Virus record (IMG/VR): IMGVR_UViG_3300042007_000202
Coordinates: 44,672 to 108,671 of that record
Reading direction: 5' to 3' (one strand)
DNA from: a virus
DNA: 64,000 bases
How positions within the stretch are numbered: position 1 is the stretch's first letter; each line of letters opens with the position of its first letter. A program made the translations under genes and the position numbers. Below the pieces are notes generated by a model that worked only from the letters and a program-made list of their open reading frames with translations, made no database searches and was not told the origin of the DNA. Of this stretch, positions 1 to 8,760 are shown piece by piece.

Positions 1-351
1 AGCGGTCCAGTCCACGGTGATGGCGGTGGTGGTGGGGACGCCGTCCACGGCCAGGCCGCTCGGCGCCTCGATCAGCTCGCAGTTGTTCGGGTTCACGCCG
101 CTCACCTCGGCGTCGGTGGGCTGCACGAAGGTCGTGGCCCCCTCGTCGGGGCAGGTGATGACGGTCCCGCCGGGGGTGAGCGTGAGGGCCGGGGCCCCGT
201 CACACACTCCGGCGGGGATCTCGAAGTACGGCAGGTTGCCGTCGGTGCGGTAGAGGATCTGCTGCGCGGACTCCGCGCCGCCCCAGCAGACGAGCTGCTG
301 GGCGATCTGCTGCATGGTCTCCTGAGTGGCGATGACCTTGACGCCAGCCAT
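1..351 (-). CDS. Virion structural protein (5' part; runs off the left edge), possibly with an FN3-like domain
   Basis: ATG at 351 with AGGAGG RBS; open frame MAGVKVIATQETMQQIAQQ...EAPSGLAVDGVPTTTAITVDWTA to the window edge; follows the tail gene. Confidence 0.6.
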   Translation of the reverse strand, partial: MAGVKVIATQETMQQIAQQLVCWGGAESAQQILYRTDGNLPYFEIPAGVCDGAPALTLTPGGTVITCPDEGATTFVQPTDAEVSGVNPNNCELIEAPSGLAVDGVPTTTAITVDWTA

Positions 352-462
352 GGCTGCCTCCTGTTGGTGGGGCCCGGCGCCGCCAACGTGGGATCTGGCG
401 GCGCCGGGGGTCTGCGGGTCGGCCGCCCGCCCGGCCGGGCGGCCGGGCGGAGGCTGGTGGGC

Positions 463-1926
463 TTACGGGAAGGGGACGGTGAAGTTGACCGACGTGGACG
501 CCGCCGGGTTCGCCTTGCTGGTCACGGTCACGGTCTTCGCGCCGTTCGCGGCGTACAGGTGACTCACGCTGCCCGCCTCGGTCTGGTCCACCACAGTCCC
601 GTCGCCCCAGTTGATGCTGACGGGGCCGTTGGGCGCGTTGTCCCAGGTGAGGTCGGCGGTCATGCCGGTGGCGTCGGTGGCGTCCTCCACCACGCTGGCG
701 GTCGGGTCGTCCTGGACGGGAACGCTGACGGCCTCGCGGGCGCGGTAGGTCTCCACGTCCGCCCGGCGCACGGTCACCGTGTAGACACCGGCCGCCTTGT
801 AGGTGTGGTTGACGTCGACGGTGCCGTCCCCGCCGACGGTGACTTCCTCGGGCTCGGTGCCGTCGCCCCAGTCCACCGTCGCCACGCCGCTGGCCTGTTC
901 CGGCAGCGTCACCGTGGCGGTGACGGTGAAGCGGTCGTCGGGGTCGTCGGCGGTGAGCGTGAGCTGCGGGTCGTCGGCGGGGAGCGGGACGGTGATGTCC
1001 TTCTCCACCGTGACCGCCGGGGTCTGCTGGTCGCGGACGGTGATGGTGTACTCGCCGTCGGCGGCGTACGTGTGGGTCACGTAGGCGCCGTCGCTGGCGG
1101 TGGTCTCGGCGGTGGCGTCGCCCCAGTTGATGACCACGGAGCCGAAGCCGTGGTTGTCCGCGCGCAGGCGGACCGTGCGGCGCGGCGACTCCCCGGCCAC
1201 GCCCGTGATGGTCAGCTCGGCCACCTCCGGCGTCGGGCGGTCCACCGGCTGGGCGCCGCACTCCGGCTCCGGCGGCCGGATCGTGGTCTCGAACAGCCGG
1301 TAGTGGGTGTCCTCGCCGATGGGCTGGAGCAGCGGGCCGGGCGCGCCGTTGGCCTGGGTCTGCACCGGGTAGGGGCCGCGCCGCCAGCGGGAGCCGGTCT
1401 TGGTGCGGCCGTTGAAGGTGAAGCTGATGGCGTCGTTGCCGATCTCGATGTCGCCGGGCGCGCCGCCCTTGACCCACGGCAGCAGGATGTAGCCCCAGGA
1501 GCCCTGGGCGGCCTCTCCGGAGCACGCGTCGGAGGTGCCGTAGGTGTCCATCCAGATCTCCAGCGCGAAGCCGTCGCCGGAGAGGGAGCCGTTGGCGTTG
1601 TAGCCGATCACGTTGCCTTCGGCGTCCAGCACCTTGTCCCACGACTGGTTCATGATCTGGACCATGTCGGGGTCGACCTGGCAGAACTCGATCTCCGTGG
1701 AGTACCACTGGAGGCTGTCTTCGCCGGGTTCGTTGATGCAGGTCTGGCCGTTGGCCTTGGTGACGGTGATGGCGTCACCCTCCTGCACTTCGGCCGACAG
1801 GGTCGCCGTGACGAACCCGTCGCTGACGACCTGGTTCCCGTCCCCGTAGACGGGTCGGCCGCAGGCGTCCAGCCGCGTCACGCGCATGGCGGTGCCGCGC
1901 AGGAAGCTCGGGCAGCTCGTAGCCAT
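463..1926 (-). CDS. Major tail(-tube)-like protein with C-terminal PKD/Ig-like repeats
   Basis: N-terminal RVTRLDACGRP...DGFVT...KANGQTC typical of actinophage tail proteins; three WGDG...HTY PKD-type repeats. Confidence 0.7.
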   Translation of the reverse strand: MATSCPSFLRGTAMRVTRLDACGRPVYGDGNQVVSDGFVTATLSAEVQEGDAITVTKANGQTCINEPGEDSLQWYSTEIEFCQVDPDMVQIMNQSWDKVLDAEGNVIGYNANGSLSGDGFALEIWMDTYGTSDACSGEAAQGSWGYILLPWVKGGAPGDIEIGNDAISFTFNGRTKTGSRWRRGPYPVQTQANGAPGPLLQPIGEDTHYRLFETTIRPPEPECGAQPVDRPTPEVAELTITGVAGESPRRTVRLRADNHGFGSVVINWGDATAETTASDGAYVTHTYAADGEYTITVRDQQTPAVTVEKDITVPLPADDPQLTLTADDPDDRFTVTATVTLPEQASGVATVDWGDGTEPEEVTVGGDGTVDVNHTYKAAGVYTVTVRRADVETYRAREAVSVPVQDDPTASVVEDATDATGMTADLTWDNAPNGPVSINWGDGTVVDQTEAGSVSHLYAANGAKTVTVTSKANPAASTSVNFTVPFP

Positions 1927-2339
1927 TACTGGTCATCCCCTTCCTTCGTCTGCGCAGATCGCGCGCTGGTGGCCTTCTTCGCGGCCGTCTTCTTGGCCGC
2001 TGCCTTGCGGGCGGCCGTCTTCTTGGCGGCCGGGCGGTGGGCCTTGGGCGCGTCGGGGCCGGGGCCCTCCTCTTCCGGCCCCGACGCGGGCTCGGCAGGC
2101 GCCGCCGCGCGCGGCGCGCTGGGCGCGGGCGCGGGGGGGCTGGGGTCTTCGGGCGGCGGGGCCAGTCCCGCCTGCTCGTAGACGCGGCCGACGGACTCCT
2201 CGGGGACGCGCAGCGCCTGGCTGCCCGCGCCGGACACCGTGGTCACGTACTCGGCCCCGACCACGGCCAGAGCGGCGCGGGCCAGCCGCTCCATGGACAC
2301 GTCCGCTGTGGGGTAGACCAGCGCGTAGTTCGTGGTCAT
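1926..2339 (-). CDS. Small structural-module protein with a histone-like AAKK tail
   Basis: Translationally coupled between neighbours; AAKKTAARKAAAKKTAAKK repeat. Confidence 0.6.
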   Translation of the reverse strand: MTTNYALVYPTADVSMERLARAALAVVGAEYVTTVSGAGSQALRVPEESVGRVYEQAGLAPPPEDPSPPAPAPSAPRAAAPAEPASGPEEEGPGPDAPKAHRPAAKKTAARKAAAKKTAAKKATSARSAQTKEGDDQ

Positions 2340-3178
2340 CAGCCCTCGCCTCCCACGGTCACCAGCACCGCCGCCCGGTAGCAGTCCGCGTCCAGCGCGT
2401 ACGTCCGCTCGGCCAGCGCCATCCGTGTGTTGTCGGAAGTCGTGAAGGTCTCGTTCGCGAAGGCGGCGCCGCGCCAGCCGCGAACCGACCCCGTGGCCAC
2501 CAGCCAGAAGGTGTCTGCGGCGGGCGGGGTGACGGGGTCGAAGGGGTTGTCGGGGTAGCCGCCGCCGAACGCGACCCGCGAGCCCAGGCGGGTGCGGAGG
2601 ACTTCGCCGGTGTCGGCGGCGGGCTGAAGGAGGTTGAGGCTGTCCCAGTAGGTCTGGGTCCAGCGGGGGGCGTGGAAGGTGGGCGCGCCGCCGTAGTTGA
2701 GGGCGGCGTCCTTCTCCAGCACCCCCACGGCCCGCTTGATGCCGACGGCCGCTGCGGCTTCTCCGAGGGGGTAGCGGGGGTCTTCCAGGCCGAGCACGAG
2801 GGCGGCGAACGCCTTCTCCGCCTCACGCTCCTCGATCAGCCCCAGCCGCTCCAAGGCCATGCCGCGCGGGTCTTCGAACCCGACGGCGTTGCATTCGGCG
2901 CGGTTGTAGACGGTGAAGGGGCCGGAGCCTTCGGCCAGTTCGGGCCCGCTGAACACGGTCTTGTCGTGGGTGGTGCCGGGCCCGGGGTCAAGGGGCGCGG
3001 GGCACATGCCCAGGACGTAGCCGCCCTGGGCGCAGTGGTTGGTGAAGTACTCAACTCCGGCGCGCTGCCACGGGCCCTCGCCGTCGGTGATGCTCGCGAC
3101 GGAGAACAGGCCGTAGCGGTACGGCTCCAGGAGGGGAGCGGAGTCCACCCAGGTCTTGCCGGGGGTGGGTGTGGACAC
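2339..3178 (-). CDS. Head-associated/minor capsid protein
   Basis: 279 aa globular ORF directly downstream of the major capsid gene; YGLFSVA and ALAERTYA motifs resemble actinophage head proteins. Confidence 0.55.
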   Translation of the reverse strand: MSTPTPGKTWVDSAPLLEPYRYGLFSVASITDGEGPWQRAGVEYFTNHCAQGGYVLGMCPAPLDPGPGTTHDKTVFSGPELAEGSGPFTVYNRAECNAVGFEDPRGMALERLGLIEEREAEKAFAALVLGLEDPRYPLGEAAAAVGIKRAVGVLEKDAALNYGGAPTFHAPRWTQTYWDSLNLLQPAADTGEVLRTRLGSRVAFGGGYPDNPFDPVTPPAADTFWLVATGSVRGWRGAAFANETFTTSDNTRMALAERTYALDADCYRAAVLVTVGGEG

Positions 3179-3305
3179 GGGGTCTCCGTTGCGTCAGAGG
3201 GCCTGGGAGCGTGGCGGCCGGGGCTCCGGGCATGACTCCGATTCCCCCGGAGCCCCGGCCGCGTTCAGACGGGCGCCCGGCCGGGCGGGCGGGCGGCCGG
3301 GCTCA

Positions 3306-5153
3306 TCAGGAGCAGGTGGTGAGCTGGTGGCTTCCGGAGAGGCCGTTGGCGCAGAGCGGCACCGTGACGACGTAGGACTGGAGGCAGCGGGAGCAGACCT
3401 GCCAGCCTTCCTCGGTGAACAGGGCGGTGTAAACGTTCTGGATCAGCGAGGCGTGGTCGTAGACGCCGTCCAGGTTGATGACGTCGGCCTGGAGCTGGAA
3501 GAAGGTGCCCGCCGGGTAGAGCAGGAACTTGACCTGCTCGGGCCAGGCGGTGGGGATGTCGCCGCCGAAGTCGGTTGCGACGCCCGAGGAGAGGGCGTCC
3601 TGCCAGTCGTAGACGTACTGCGGGGAGACGCCGACCGCGCGGAGGTAGCCGTCGATCATGGCGTCGGAGACGTTCCAGCGGTTGTCGATGCCGAGCTTCT
3701 TGCGCAGGTCGGACTTGAGGATGCCGCGCATCCAGTACGGCGCCACCATCTCCAGCGTGGCGTTCTGCGACAGGCGCCAGTGGTAGCGCTGGTACTGGAC
3801 CTGGAGCTCCAGGATGGACAGCAGGCTCTCGACCGCGCCGGGGCCGTGGCCGTCAGCGATGGGCGCTGCCGGGTTGGGGTCAGCGACGGCCGGGAAGGTG
3901 ACGGCCGTGCTCATGGCCTCCATCTTGGCCAGCTTGCGGGCGTTCATCTTGTGGGCGTGGATGAGCAGCGAGCCCTGGATGAACTGCTCCACGCGCTCGG
4001 GCCAGCCGCGCTCCATCAGGATCGGCGTCCTGATGCACATGCCGCTCACGTCCATGCGGCACTCTTCGAACTCCGGCGGGCAGGGGACCTCGACGCAGGT
4101 CTTCTCGACTCCGGCGATGGCCTGGGTCTCGGTGAGGTAGAAGCCGGTGGAGCCCCAGATGGCGGACCAGTCGAAGTCGGCCGGGTAGCGGATGCCTCCC
4201 CGGCGGGCGGTGACGGAGGGCAGGTCGATCATGCCCTCTTCGGTCATGCGGATGGGGCAGAGGTCGTAGAGCTGCTCGCTGGGGGCGCACCATCCGGCCG
4301 CCGCGACCAGGCTTCCGCCGGGCAGGCGGGACTCGTCGGTGGCGCGGGCGATGACCTCTTCGGCCTGGCTGTCGTCCTGGATGACGAACTCGCTGGAGAC
4401 CTCGCGCTTGATGCGGGCGAGCCCGACGCGGGTGCGTTCGCCGTCGCGGCCGGAGTTGACGTTCCCCGTGATCATGGGGCCCATCCGGTTCTCCCACGCG
4501 CGGGCCACGTCGCCCAGGCCGTTCTCCATGGTCTGGCCGGTGGAGAACTCGGGGACGTCGGCGGCGGCGATGAGGTTGTACCGGGCGAAGGGCTGGGGGC
4601 CGTCGCTCTCCTGCTGGGCGGGGACGGCGCCACGGCGGGTGCCGAGCGGGACGCGGGCGGTGTTCTTCACGTTGGCTGCCACCAGTTCTCGTGCCTGGGC
4701 TCCGGCTCCCTCCTCGGTGTCGTCGTCCGGGGTCTGCCCCGGCGGCTGGTCCTCGGGGGTGTCCTCGGCGTTGTCGTCTTCGGGGGTCGGCTCCGGGTCG
4801 GGGGCCGGTTCGCCGTCGCCTTCGCCGCCGTCGGTGGCCTCGGCTTCCGGCTGCTGGAGTCCGCGCAGGCGTTCTCCGATCTCGGCTGCGCGGGCGGAGC
4901 GCTCGTCCTGCTGGGCGGTGACCACTCCGATGCCGTCGGCGATGCGGGCCAGCGTCTCCAGCTTCTGGAGGGTGTCTTCGCTGGCGGGTCCGGCGTCCTC
5001 GGGGGACAGCTCGTCGTAGAGCGCCAGGACGGCCTGGCTCAGCTCCTGCGGGGTGACCTCGGGGTGCTCGGTGAGGTGCTGCTGGATGACTGCGGGCTGG
5101 TCCTCTGCGGGGACGTCTGCGAGCCGGTTGAGAAGATCGTTGATGAAGCTCAC
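3306..5153 (-). CDS. Major capsid protein with an N-terminal scaffold-like/acidic region
   Basis: GTG at 5153 with GAAAGGG RBS; LVAAAGWCAPSEQLYD, RGGIRYP, YPAGTF and N.YTALFTEEG motifs of actinophage major capsids. Confidence 0.8.
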   Translation of the reverse strand: MSFINDLLNRLADVPAEDQPAVIQQHLTEHPEVTPQELSQAVLALYDELSPEDAGPASEDTLQKLETLARIADGIGVVTAQQDERSARAAEIGERLRGLQQPEAEATDGGEGDGEPAPDPEPTPEDDNAEDTPEDQPPGQTPDDDTEEGAGAQARELVAANVKNTARVPLGTRRGAVPAQQESDGPQPFARYNLIAAADVPEFSTGQTMENGLGDVARAWENRMGPMITGNVNSGRDGERTRVGLARIKREVSSEFVIQDDSQAEEVIARATDESRLPGGSLVAAAGWCAPSEQLYDLCPIRMTEEGMIDLPSVTARRGGIRYPADFDWSAIWGSTGFYLTETQAIAGVEKTCVEVPCPPEFEECRMDVSGMCIRTPILMERGWPERVEQFIQGSLLIHAHKMNARKLAKMEAMSTAVTFPAVADPNPAAPIADGHGPGAVESLLSILELQVQYQRYHWRLSQNATLEMVAPYWMRGILKSDLRKKLGIDNRWNVSDAMIDGYLRAVGVSPQYVYDWQDALSSGVATDFGGDIPTAWPEQVKFLLYPAGTFFQLQADVINLDGVYDHASLIQNVYTALFTEEGWQVCSRCLQSYVVTVPLCANGLSGSHQLTTCS

Positions 5154-5289
5154 GGCGTGGGCACACCCTTTCGGGTATCTCGTTCCGTGCCCTCGGCCCA
5201 TCAACCAGCAGAGCGTCCTACGTAGCGTAGCCGACTGCTCACGCTTCGTGCCCGAGCGGGCGTCCATCCGCGCAGATCAGGTGTCAGAT

Positions 5290-5338
5290 GTGACACGAGA
5301 TTTGCATGCGCGGTCGCACGGTGATAACTTGATGTCTC
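5290..5338 (+). promoter_or_regulatory. Promoter/operator cassette (GTGACAC...TTGCAT-17-TAACTT...ATGTCTC)
   Basis: Sigma70-type -35/-10 hexamers with a 17 bp spacer, bracketed by inverted half-sites; upstream of the 5386 operon. Confidence 0.75.
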
Positions 5339-5385
5339 GCAAGGGGGCTGCGGCCCCCACCACCACCGACCCGGAGGAGCCAGCC

Positions 5386-5808
5386 ATGGCCAGCCCGATC
5401 GCCTCATGGAACGTCACCTACACCGACGCCGAAGGCAAGCGCCACCGCATCACCGGCCTGCCCGACTGGGACACCGCCCGGGAGGAGGCCGCCCGGCTGC
5501 GCGCCACCGGCGCCCGATGGGTCAAGACCCACCCCCACTTCGCCACCCTCCAGGACACCATCGCCTACGCCAGCCGGAACCTGATCCCCAAGGCCGAGGC
5601 GGAGCCGCTGTTCATCACCGAACTGGACGGCCCCACCTTCGCGTCGGCGGAGGAGCTGGACGACTACCGCTGGCGCAACGCCTCCGACGACCGCTCCGAC
5701 TACGACGCGGAGATGGCGTACGAGCGCCACCTGGAGACCAACGACCAGTACCGGTGGGAGCACGAGCAGGACGAACTCCGCGCCGCCGCCTTCGGCTACG
5801 GCTTCTGA
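5386..5808 (+). CDS. Hypothetical early protein
   Basis: GGAGGAG RBS, ATG 5386, typical GC3 codon bias. Confidence 0.7.
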   Translation: MASPIASWNVTYTDAEGKRHRITGLPDWDTAREEAARLRATGARWVKTHPHFATLQDTIAYASRNLIPKAEAEPLFITELDGPTFASAEELDDYRWRNASDDRSDYDAEMAYERHLETNDQYRWEHEQDELRAAAFGYGF

Positions 5809-5869
5809 CCCACCCCCGGGGGCGGCCACCCGGCCGCCCCTCCCCGTCCGCGCAGATAGAGAGGCCGCC

Positions 5870-6280
5870 ATGCCCCAGCGGCGCACCCCCGCGCCCCCGT
5901 CCACCCGCCCGCTCCGCACCGACGACGAACTCCACATCCTGGCCCTGGGTGCTCTGGCCGAACGCCACGGCGCCGGGCCCGACGAGGCCCTGGCCCAGCA
6001 GTACGCCACCGAGTACGACGAGATCATGCGCGCCTTCCGGGGCGCCCGCCGCCAGCGCATGGCGCACCTGTACCCGAACGTCGCCGCGCAGCACCTGGAC
6101 GGCCAGGTGCTCACCGTGCTCAAAGACGACCTGGACGGCGAGAGCACGGCGGACCTGGTCATCACGCTGGTCCATCACCTGGAGATGCTGACCAAGAGCA
6201 CCACCTACGACGACGGACACGCCTTCAAGGTGGCCGCTCTCTGGCGCGAGCTGGCCTTCCGGGGCATCACCCTCACCTGA
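5870..6280 (+). CDS. Hypothetical protein
   Basis: GAGAGG RBS; in operon. Confidence 0.65.
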   Translation: MPQRRTPAPPSTRPLRTDDELHILALGALAERHGAGPDEALAQQYATEYDEIMRAFRGARRQRMAHLYPNVAAQHLDGQVLTVLKDDLDGESTADLVITLVHHLEMLTKSTTYDDGHAFKVAALWRELAFRGITLT

Positions 6281-6305
6281 TCCACGCAGATAGGACACAC
6301 ACCGC

Positions 6306-6806
6306 ATGAGTAACGCAACCTTCCGGCTCGTCTCCGAGCTGCCCGAGGTGGACAACCCCCTCATCAGCAAGCCGGACCACATCGTCAACCCGTTCGCCGG
6401 GCAGGCGCGCAACCCCGGCCACCGCTTCACGCTCCTGCGGGGCGAGGCGCGCTGGGCGTGGGCGCACGTGCTGCGCGCCGTGGGCGGCTGGACCGTGATC
6501 TCCGCTGGCGTCCTGTCCACGTCGGTTTTCCCGACCGCCGACGAGGCCGGGGAGTACCTGGTCCGCCAGTTCCTGGGCGCCAACGGCGACGGCTACGACC
6601 ACCTCTCCCACGAGGCGTACGCCCAGCGGGGGCGCATCGCCCACATCCGGGACGAGGCCGAGCCCCACACCACGTACTGCGGGGAGGCCGCTACCACCCC
6701 GGCGGTGTTCGACCTGGGCGAGCCCAACCACGTGGAGCAGCACTGCATCAAGTGCGACCGGTCCTACCGCGCCACGCACTACGGCCGGATGGCGGTGACC
6801 CACTGA
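6306..6806 (+). CDS. Hypothetical protein with a C-terminal H..C..CxxC Zn motif
   Basis: IAHIRD...TYCGE...HCIKC. Confidence 0.65.
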   Translation: MSNATFRLVSELPEVDNPLISKPDHIVNPFAGQARNPGHRFTLLRGEARWAWAHVLRAVGGWTVISAGVLSTSVFPTADEAGEYLVRQFLGANGDGYDHLSHEAYAQRGRIAHIRDEAEPHTTYCGEAATTPAVFDLGEPNHVEQHCIKCDRSYRATHYGRMAVTH

Positions 6807-7012
6807 TGGCGCTCGGCAAGCCCGAGGGGTGGGCGTGCGCGCACAACCCCTGGCACGCGTACGCCCCGGCCAGCCCGACCCGGTGCCGCCACTGCGGCGA
6901 GGAGCGCTCAGCGGCCGACGCCTTGGTGTCGCTGGTGGCCGGGTGGGAGGGCTGGTCGGAGCAGATGGCGCGGGACCTGGTGGAGCTGCACGCCGAGCAG
7001 GTGAAGGCGTGA
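6806..7012 (+). CDS. Small Cys/His protein
   Basis: TGATG coupling; CAHNPWH...CRHC. Confidence 0.55.
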   Translation: MALGKPEGWACAHNPWHAYAPASPTRCRHCGEERSAADALVSLVAGWEGWSEQMARDLVELHAEQVKA

Positions 7013-7029
7013 GGGGGCCGCGCGCCACC

Positions 7030-7344
7030 ATGAGCAACGACGGCGAGATGCGCGTCGATCTGAAGGTGGCGGTGCGCGCCAGCCGGGATGAGCTGGCGAT
7101 CGTGCTGATCCGGGGGAAGGCGCCGTACCACGTGGCCGGAGAAGACCGCGAGGAGCTGTCGGCCGCCGCCGCAGAAAGGGCGATCAAGCAATTCCTGTGC
7201 CAGTGGGGCACGGAGGTGGAGGGCTGGTCGGACCACATGGAGGAAGGCCAGCGGGATGAGTGGCTGGAGTGGGCGCGGCGCCAGGTGGACCGCGCCTACC
7301 CGGCCCTGGCCCCCGGCGGGAGCGACGGCCCGCCCGGCAGCTGA
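7030..7344 (+). CDS. Hypothetical protein
   Basis: ATG 7030; ends before a hairpin. Confidence 0.6.
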   Translation: MSNDGEMRVDLKVAVRASRDELAIVLIRGKAPYHVAGEDREELSAAAAERAIKQFLCQWGTEVEGWSDHMEEGQRDEWLEWARRQVDRAYPALAPGGSDGPPGS

Positions 7345-7356
7345 GCCGCCCGCGAC

Positions 7357-7404
7357 GCGCGAAGGCGCCCCCGGGTGCCAACGGGGCCGGGGGCGCCTTC
7401 GCGC
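7357..7404. terminator. Stem-loop between convergent genes
   Basis: GCGCGAAGGCGCCCCCGG...CCGGGGGCGCCTTCGCGC inverted repeat. Confidence 0.65.
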
Positions 7405-7450
7405 GCATGGAACACACAAACGGCCACTTCGAGGAGAAGCGGCCCTCACT

Positions 7451-7654
7451 CTAGCGGCCGTACATGGCGTCGCGGGCGAACCACACCAGGGCGCCCGGCC
7501 ACACGGCCACCATGACTCCCCACAGGGCCCAGCGCTTGCGCTGGGTAAGGTCCCGGCCGCCGGTCTCCTGGAAACCAGCGGCGAGCCAGCGGGGGGAGGG
7601 CCCGAGCGCCGCCATGAGGACGGCGCCGGTGAGCCAGATCCAGAAGGCGGTCAT
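7451..7654 (-). CDS. Small membrane protein
   Basis: Two hydrophobic segments; overlaps the upstream stop. Confidence 0.5.
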   Translation of the reverse strand: MTAFWIWLTGAVLMAALGPSPRWLAAGFQETGGRDLTQRKRWALWGVMVAVWPGALVWFARDAMYGR

Positions 7655-7854
7655 GCGATCGGCAGTCCGGTGCGGTGGTCGATCTTCTGGTAGGTGGAGC
7701 CCGGGTTGGCCTGCTGTGCCTTCTTGGCGGCGGGCTCTTCCCAGTAGTCGACGGTGGCCCCGTTGGTGTGGGTGAGGCGCCACACGGCGGCGGTGCCGCC
7801 TGCCATCACCGTGGACGCGACCGCGCCCCGGCGGCCTCCGCAGTTGCAACCCAT
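7651..7854 (-). CDS. Small MGCNCG-type actinophage protein
   Basis: MGCNCGGRR start typical of actinophage head modules; GGAGGAGG RBS. Confidence 0.65.
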   Translation of the reverse strand: MGCNCGGRRGAVASTVMAGGTAAVWRLTHTNGATVDYWEEPAAKKAQQANPGSTYQKIDHRTGLPIA

Positions 7855-8019
7855 CTGTTCCTCCTCCACCGGCCCGCGCCGGACGCTAACGTTGTGTGTG
7901 CAACCGGGCACGGAACGAGACGGCGAGAAGGCGTCCTGTGCGCGGCCTGTCGGGGGGTCCCCCGGGCGTCGCACTGGGCGTCGTGCGAGCAAGCCGGGGG
8001 ACCACCTGATCCGCGTGGA

Positions 8020-8523
8020 TCAGGCAGGGTCGAGCCACTTCACCCGCGTTCGCCCCTCGTGGCCGTTGATGGCCATGGCCTCTTCGATGGACGGCCACTC
8101 CACGATGGAGCGGACTTCGCCCAGCCACATGAGCACCACCCCGCCGTGGGGGAAGACGGCGCCCTCCACGGCGATGCCCGGCCCGCTGGTGCCGGTCTCG
8201 TCCTCGCGGCGGTCGTAGATGAACCGGCGGGGGGCGACCTCGTAGTCCAGCGGCTCACCGATGCTGGTCGCGCACCACCGCAGCTTCCCCCGGCCCCACC
8301 AGTCCTCCATCAGGGCGGCCATGTTGGCGTACCGCTGGCAGGTCTGGCCGGACTGCGACATGACGACGATGCGCCCGTCGGAGAACACCGCGCCGGAGGC
8401 GATGGGGACCTGGTTGCGGTCCAGCATCACGAAGGTGCGCAGGTTGCCCTCGTAGGTGGCGGGGATGAGGTGCCCCTTGTTGATCTCGGCCGGGATGACC
8501 TCATCCTCAGTGTCGACTGGCAT
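8020..8523 (-). CDS. Conserved actinophage hypothetical protein (internally duplicated GAVF.DG domain)
   Basis: Two repeats, IASGAVFSDGRIVV and AVEGAVFPHGGVVL. Confidence 0.6.
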   Translation of the reverse strand: MPVDTEDEVIPAEINKGHLIPATYEGNLRTFVMLDRNQVPIASGAVFSDGRIVVMSQSGQTCQRYANMAALMEDWWGRGKLRWCATSIGEPLDYEVAPRRFIYDRREDETGTSGPGIAVEGAVFPHGGVVLMWLGEVRSIVEWPSIEEAMAINGHEGRTRVKWLDPA

Positions 8524-8549
8524 GCATTTCTCCCACGGTTGTGTGCTGG

Positions 8550-8756
8550 TCACTCGTCCGGGAAGCCGCAGGCTTCGAGGAACTTGGAGCGGTTGAAGCC
8601 GTAGCCGCCCCGGTACTGGCGGGCGCAGGCGGAGGCCAACTGGCGGGCCGCCACGCCGAGGACGGCCAGGGCCGCCCCGTTGTCCTCGGCGACCCACCGC
8701 TTCGTGTCGGCCACCGCGTTGGCGATGGCCCAGAAGTCCTTCTTGCTCATGGCCAT
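8550..8756 (-). CDS. Small hypothetical protein
   Basis: MSKKDFWAIA...FNRSKFLEACG, a familiar small phage protein pattern. Confidence 0.6.
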   Translation of the reverse strand: MAMSKKDFWAIANAVADTKRWVAEDNGAALAVLGVAARQLASACARQYRGGYGFNRSKFLEACGFPDE

Positions 8757-8760
8757 GGCG

